From: Longimicrobiales bacterium
Lineage (GTDB): Bacteria; Gemmatimonadota; Gemmatimonadetes; Longimicrobiales; Gaopeijiaceae
Direction: 5' to 3'
Assembly: GCA_965226375.1 (NCBI GenBank)
Contig: CBDDCX010000008.1
Location: 2,206,798-2,270,797, forward strand
Length of the DNA stretch: 64,000 nucleotides
Shown here: positions 59,972 through 64,000 of the stretch, one piece after another
Layout: every line of letters starts with the position of its first letter
Position numbering within the stretch: the stretch's first letter is position 1
Translations under genes and position numbers: made by a program
Notes under the pieces: generated by a model
The model's database searches: none
Seen by the model: only the letters and a program-made list of their open reading frames with translations
What the model was told of the DNA's origin: nothing

Positions 59972-60664
59972 ATGCGATTTCGGTTACAGTCAGCTGCGGC
60001 TCTCGGCTTGGTCATCACGGCCGGGTGTCAGGCCGGTGGAACGGCCTCTCTGGACACGGACATCCAGAAGGCGAGCTATGCCATCGGCACGGAGATCGGC
60101 ACGAACTTCGAGCCGAGCAAGGAATTTTTCGATCTCGCCGCCGTGGTGCGGGGCATCGAGGATGCCCTCGCCGGTAAGGAGATGGCCGTAAGCGCGGATT
60201 CGCTTGCCGTGGCCCGGCAGCGTGTGGGACAACTGGTTCAACAGGCACAGGTTGCCGCTCAGCAGGAAATCATGGATACCAACGCCGCCGAGGGAGAGGC
60301 CTTCCTGGCCGAAAACGCGACCAAGGAGGGGGTCATAGTCACGGACAGTGGTCTCCAATACGAGATCCTGACGCAGGGAGACGGACCTCAACCCACTGCC
60401 GAATCGCGTGTAAAGGTCCACTACCGCGGCTCGCTGATCGACGGCACCGAGTTCGACAGCTCATACGAGCGTGGCGAACCCACGGACTTTGGTGTGAACG
60501 GGGTCATCGCCGGGTTCGGAGAGGGTCTCCAGTTGATGCCGGTGGGCAGCCACTACCGCTTCTTCATCCCCTCGAACATCGCGTACGGCATGCAGGCTGC
60601 CGGTAGCATCATCGGGCCCAACGCGACGCTGATCTTCGAGGTCGAGCTCAAGGAGATCCTTTAA
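59972..60664 (+). CDS. FKBP-type peptidyl-prolyl isomerase (FkpA-like)
   Basis: KASYAIG, TDSGLQYE, VHYRGSLIDGTEFDSS, IPSNIAYG, LIFEVEL. Confidence 0.93.
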   Translation: MRFRLQSAAALGLVITAGCQAGGTASLDTDIQKASYAIGTEIGTNFEPSKEFFDLAAVVRGIEDALAGKEMAVSADSLAVARQRVGQLVQQAQVAAQQEIMDTNAAEGEAFLAENATKEGVIVTDSGLQYEILTQGDGPQPTAESRVKVHYRGSLIDGTEFDSSYERGEPTDFGVNGVIAGFGEGLQLMPVGSHYRFFIPSNIAYGMQAAGSIIGPNATLIFEVELKEIL

Positions 60665-60723
60665 AGGGGCTGACGTAAAGTGACCCGGAGCAGGCCGAAA
60701 TCGGTGACGGCTCTGGCGAGAGT

Positions 60724-61245
60724 CTAGCCCGCCAGGATCCCCTCGATGAATTCCGATTTGCCCGCCGTATAACCCTCCAGGTCTATGCCCTCTCGGCCGG
60801 CGAGATCACGCTTGAGCGCCGAGTACGCCTCGCGGTCGGCCTCCTCTTCGCGCAAGTGGTTCCGGAGGGCGAGGTGCCGATCCAACTCCCGACCGCCTTC
60901 TACGGACACGTAGAGATGATGCGGCGCCCAGTCCCTCTTGGGATCCCTGAGCGGGACATCGGGCCCCCTCCGTCGGAAGGCCTCCTGACCCATGACACCT
61001 CGATCTCCCTCATATATGTAGCCCAGGTGGGCGAGTTGTCCGATCATACGACCCAACTGGGACTCGTCTCCGATCACGACATGGATGTCGAGGATCGGCT
61101 TGGCTGCCAGCCCGGGAACGGCCGTGCTCCCTATGTGCTCGACCCTCACGATCCCGCTCTCTTCAGACAGCTCCTCCAGCAGGCACGCTTTGACCTCTTC
61201 GAACCACGCCGGCCACGCCGGGTTGTTGTCTGATATGGTGATCAT
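60724..61245 (-). CDS. GrpB family protein
   Basis: EHIGSTAVPGLAAKPILDI, HLALRNHLR, Y..LKR.LA, YT.GKSEFI. Confidence 0.9.
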   Translation of the reverse strand: MITISDNNPAWPAWFEEVKACLLEELSEESGIVRVEHIGSTAVPGLAAKPILDIHVVIGDESQLGRMIGQLAHLGYIYEGDRGVMGQEAFRRRGPDVPLRDPKRDWAPHHLYVSVEGGRELDRHLALRNHLREEEADREAYSALKRDLAGREGIDLEGYTAGKSEFIEGILAG

Positions 61246-62717
61246 GGCACTTCGGCCTCCGCTTCGATCTCGACGAGATACTCATCCCCTATCAACCCCG
61301 CATGAATCAATGTGTTGGCCGGAAGGATCGAGCGAAACCGTTCACCGTGAGCACGCGCTACGGCTTCCCAATCATCGAGGTTGGGTACGTACACTCGCGT
61401 GCGGACCACGTCTTCGAGACGACCCCCGAGGGATTGGAGCACCCCTTCGATCTTGTCGATGACGAACTGCGTCTGGGCGGCGGGATCCGCTCCGCCGATG
61501 GCACGGTTCCCGTGCGTAGCGGTGGTCCCCGACACCCAGATGCGCGACCCCCGGCGGACCGCTCGACTGAACCCGGCGAGGTCCTCCCACGTGGTGCCGG
61601 TCAGCACCAGGCTGCGCCCATTCTCGCGCGCCTGCACGGTGTAGGGAGGTGGAAACGAGTCGAAGTGATGACTCAGATCGCCAGCGGCGGTAAGAAACGG
61701 CGGCTTCCGGTACTCGTCACCGCAGTCTCCCGGAACACCTCCCATATCCGATAGCGCCGTCTGGATTTCCGACACATCCTCATCGTCGAGAGAAAAGTCA
61801 AAGAGCCTGAGGTTGTCCTCGATATGGTCGCTCTCGCCAAGCCGCGCGCCAATGATGACGCCACCTACGGCAGGCTGCTCGAGAATCTGGCGGCAGGCCA
61901 CGTTGGCCATCGAGACACGGTGTTTGTCGGCCACACGTCTCACCGCTTCGAGAAGGCGTTGAAAGGCATCCCAACCCCCCGCGGCGTCGACGAACCGCCG
62001 GTACTTCATCTGCGACCAAGTATCCAGAGAATCCACATCGGGCTCGGGAACCCCCAGCCACCGCTCGGTGAGGAGGCCACCGGCCACCGTACCGAATGCC
62101 AAGAGCTTGACGCCGTGCTGCACACACAGATCGGTCATGCCCCTACGCGCCCGCTGATCGATGAGGGAGTAGCAAACTTGATTGGAGACCACCTCGATCC
62201 CGCTGTGCAACACGATGCTCAGGTGGGCGGTGTCTACGTTGGTCAGGCCGAGATGGCCGATCAGACCCTCGTGCTTCAGCTCCTGGAGCCAGAAAAGACA
62301 GTCCAGCCATCCAGGATCAGCATAATTCCAGGCATGGAACTGCAGGAGGTCGATGCGCTCCGTCTCCATCCGGTCCAGGGATCGTTGAACGGCTGCCCTT
62401 ACGTCGTCGCGTGTATGGTGCCCCGGCTTGGGTACCCACTTGGTCAGAAGCTCGACCGCCGGGTCCCCTCCGGTCCGTTTCCGGAAGCGGCCGGCGATCA
62501 CCTCGGACGAGCCATAGTGGTCGGCCATATCGTAGGTCGTGAAGCCCGCCTCGACGTACGGCGTCATGGCCTCGGACGTGGCGTCGGGATCCAGGTCGCT
62601 CCCGTCGCGTTCCATGTCGGCGATCTGCCAAAGGCCGGTCAGGACCCGTGAGATGCTGAACCCGGGAGCGAGCTCGATTCGCTCGACTCGTCCGTTCCGC
62701 TCGATACCCTCGGTCAT
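61242..62717 (-). CDS. Aldo/keto reductase fused to a C-terminal RidA/YjgF-like domain
   Basis: GLWQ, DMADHYG, LLTKW, IDLLQFHAW; VSGTT, DVVRTRVYV, LVEIEAEA. Confidence 0.88.
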   Translation of the reverse strand: MTEGIERNGRVERIELAPGFSISRVLTGLWQIADMERDGSDLDPDATSEAMTPYVEAGFTTYDMADHYGSSEVIAGRFRKRTGGDPAVELLTKWVPKPGHHTRDDVRAAVQRSLDRMETERIDLLQFHAWNYADPGWLDCLFWLQELKHEGLIGHLGLTNVDTAHLSIVLHSGIEVVSNQVCYSLIDQRARRGMTDLCVQHGVKLLAFGTVAGGLLTERWLGVPEPDVDSLDTWSQMKYRRFVDAAGGWDAFQRLLEAVRRVADKHRVSMANVACRQILEQPAVGGVIIGARLGESDHIEDNLRLFDFSLDDEDVSEIQTALSDMGGVPGDCGDEYRKPPFLTAAGDLSHHFDSFPPPYTVQARENGRSLVLTGTTWEDLAGFSRAVRRGSRIWVSGTTATHGNRAIGGADPAAQTQFVIDKIEGVLQSLGGRLEDVVRTRVYVPNLDDWEAVARAHGERFRSILPANTLIHAGLIGDEYLVEIEAEAEVP

Positions 62718-62726
62718 GGGGCGGCC

Positions 62727-64000
62727 CTACTCCGGCGGAAGTTTCGAGAAGAGCGCGTCGACATCGACACCTTCGGAACGGAGGCCCCGGAGCTCCTTGA
62801 AGTAGACGCCCGTCGCGACCGCCATGACCACCAGCCACAACGGGGTCGAATGGAAGTACCACGCGTCCACATCAGCGGTCAGATCCTTCCACACATGGAC
62901 GACCAGGAAGATCGAGAGCATCACGATGCCCGACACCGCTACCACGACCTGCAGGGTGCGCGAGGGTAGGACGCTCACGTCCCGCGCGATCTCCGGGTTC
63001 CGCCGGGGAAGCGCGAGAACGGCCAGGCACATGACCAAGAAGTTCACCAGCATCGACGTAACCAGAATATCGATGCCCAGGAAAAAGTCACCGGCCATGT
63101 GGCTGCCCAGAATGCCCACCGACGCCATGAGACCGCTGAGGACAATGGCCACATAAGGCGTGTGCCACTCGGGGTGCACCTTCGCCACACCCCGGGGGAA
63201 TATCCCGTCCTCGGCCCACGCGAACATCAATCTCGACACGGCAAGTAGCATGGCCGGCAGATCGTTCATCAGCGCGATGGCGGCTCCCGCCACAATGGCG
63301 ACGGTCCAAGCCGGCGGCAGGAGATACCCCAACAGACCGGGAGCCGTGAGGTCCTGTGTCTGCGCCTGCTCCGCCACGTAGCTCCAGGGCACGGCATGGT
63401 ATACCGCCGCCGTGAACAGCATGTAGAACGTGCCGACCGTGAGGACGGCGATCCCGATGGCCAGCGGCAGGGTGCGAGACGGGTTCTTTGCCTCACCGCC
63501 GGCCTGAGCGATCGAATCGAATCCGATGAAGCTCGAAAAGAGCAGAGCCGACGCCGCCAGATAGGTGCCGATCCGGAAGGGAGGAGTGACGGCATCGGGA
63601 ATGGCCCGCCCTTCCCGGAGCTGGACCGCCGCTGCGAAGTCCTGGTGATCGAAAGCGAAGCCGGCAACGATGACCACCGCGCCCAGCACGAACATCAGGA
63701 ACATCAGCGGCACGAGCGTCCGCTCATACAGCCGTACACCCCGCAGGTTGACTCCAACGAAGGTCCACAGGAAGGCCAGAGCCAGGGTCACTCGCACGAA
63801 ACCCCCGTCGAGACTCTCGGCAAGCGGCTCCCACCCCACGGCCGTGGCGATGTCCCTCAGAAACGGAATCATCACATACGACACCACACCGATCGCGATG
63901 CTGAGACCGAACCACTGAGAGGAACTCGCCACGAATCCCAGATAGGGACTCAGACCCCGGCTACCGTAGACATAACTCCCACCTGCACGCGGCATGGCGG
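62727..64000 (-). CDS. APC family amino acid permease (5' end outside window)
   Basis: MPRAGGSYVY, FIGFDSIAQAGGEAKNP, SRLMFAWAEDG. Confidence 0.9.
   Translation of the reverse strand, partial: AMPRAGGSYVYGSRGLSPYLGFVASSSQWFGLSIAIGVVSYVMIPFLRDIATAVGWEPLAESLDGGFVRVTLALAFLWTFVGVNLRGVRLYERTLVPLMFLMFVLGAVVIVAGFAFDHQDFAAAVQLREGRAIPDAVTPPFRIGTYLAASALLFSSFIGFDSIAQAGGEAKNPSRTLPLAIGIAVLTVGTFYMLFTAAVYHAVPWSYVAEQAQTQDLTAPGLLGYLLPPAWTVAIVAGAAIALMNDLPAMLLAVSRLMFAWAEDGIFPRGVAKVHPEWHTPYVAIVLSGLMASVGILGSHMAGDFFLGIDILVTSMLVNFLVMCLAVLALPRRNPEIARDVSVLPSRTLQVVVAVSGIVMLSIFLVVHVWKDLTADVDAWYFHSTPLWLVVMAVATGVYFKELRGLRSEGVDVDALFSKLPPE

Noticed and set aside
371..63918. Numerous long antisense or alternative-frame ORFs in the track
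   Set aside because: Arg/Pro/Gly-rich shadow frames expected in high-GC DNA, overlapping well-supported genes.
1..64000. Integron integrase, CRISPR array/cas genes, tRNA or rRNA
   Set aside because: No tyrosine-recombinase motifs in any ORF, no regularly spaced repeat-spacer array, and no recognisable structural RNA genes by eye.

Overview
GC-rich bacterial chromosome segment. Gene content (PadR + ADOP-type ABC permeases, Ser/Thr kinase-beta-propeller paralogs, PQQ dehydrogenases) resembles Gemmatimonadota/Acidobacteriota; this is an inference. The window contains a XerC/D dif-like site (59575-59602) and a dense load of mobile DNA: 2 IS110/IS1111-type elements, 4 copies of one IS1595 element, a second cargo-carrying IS1595 element, 2 IS3, IS256, a broken IS481 and a class IIC group II intron. 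The main hidden structure is a decayed integron-cassette system with no integrase in the window. A family of ~100-bp attC-like sites and at least two recognisable gene cassettes (GNAT, dienelactone hydrolase) can be rebuilt. Both IS110 copies sit exactly in the GTT core of attC R' boxes, and their 400-nt downstream non-coding region carries short matches to both the target (CCTAAC) and the element's own end (ATAGAAC), as expected for a bridge/seek RNA. One attC was hit at both ends: by the IS110 and by an IS1595 element carrying a coupled small ORF + unknown protein + PIN-nuclease operon (candidate TA/defence module). Several tandem duplications and one mosaic segment suggest assembly errors, so some pseudogene calls need read-level checking.
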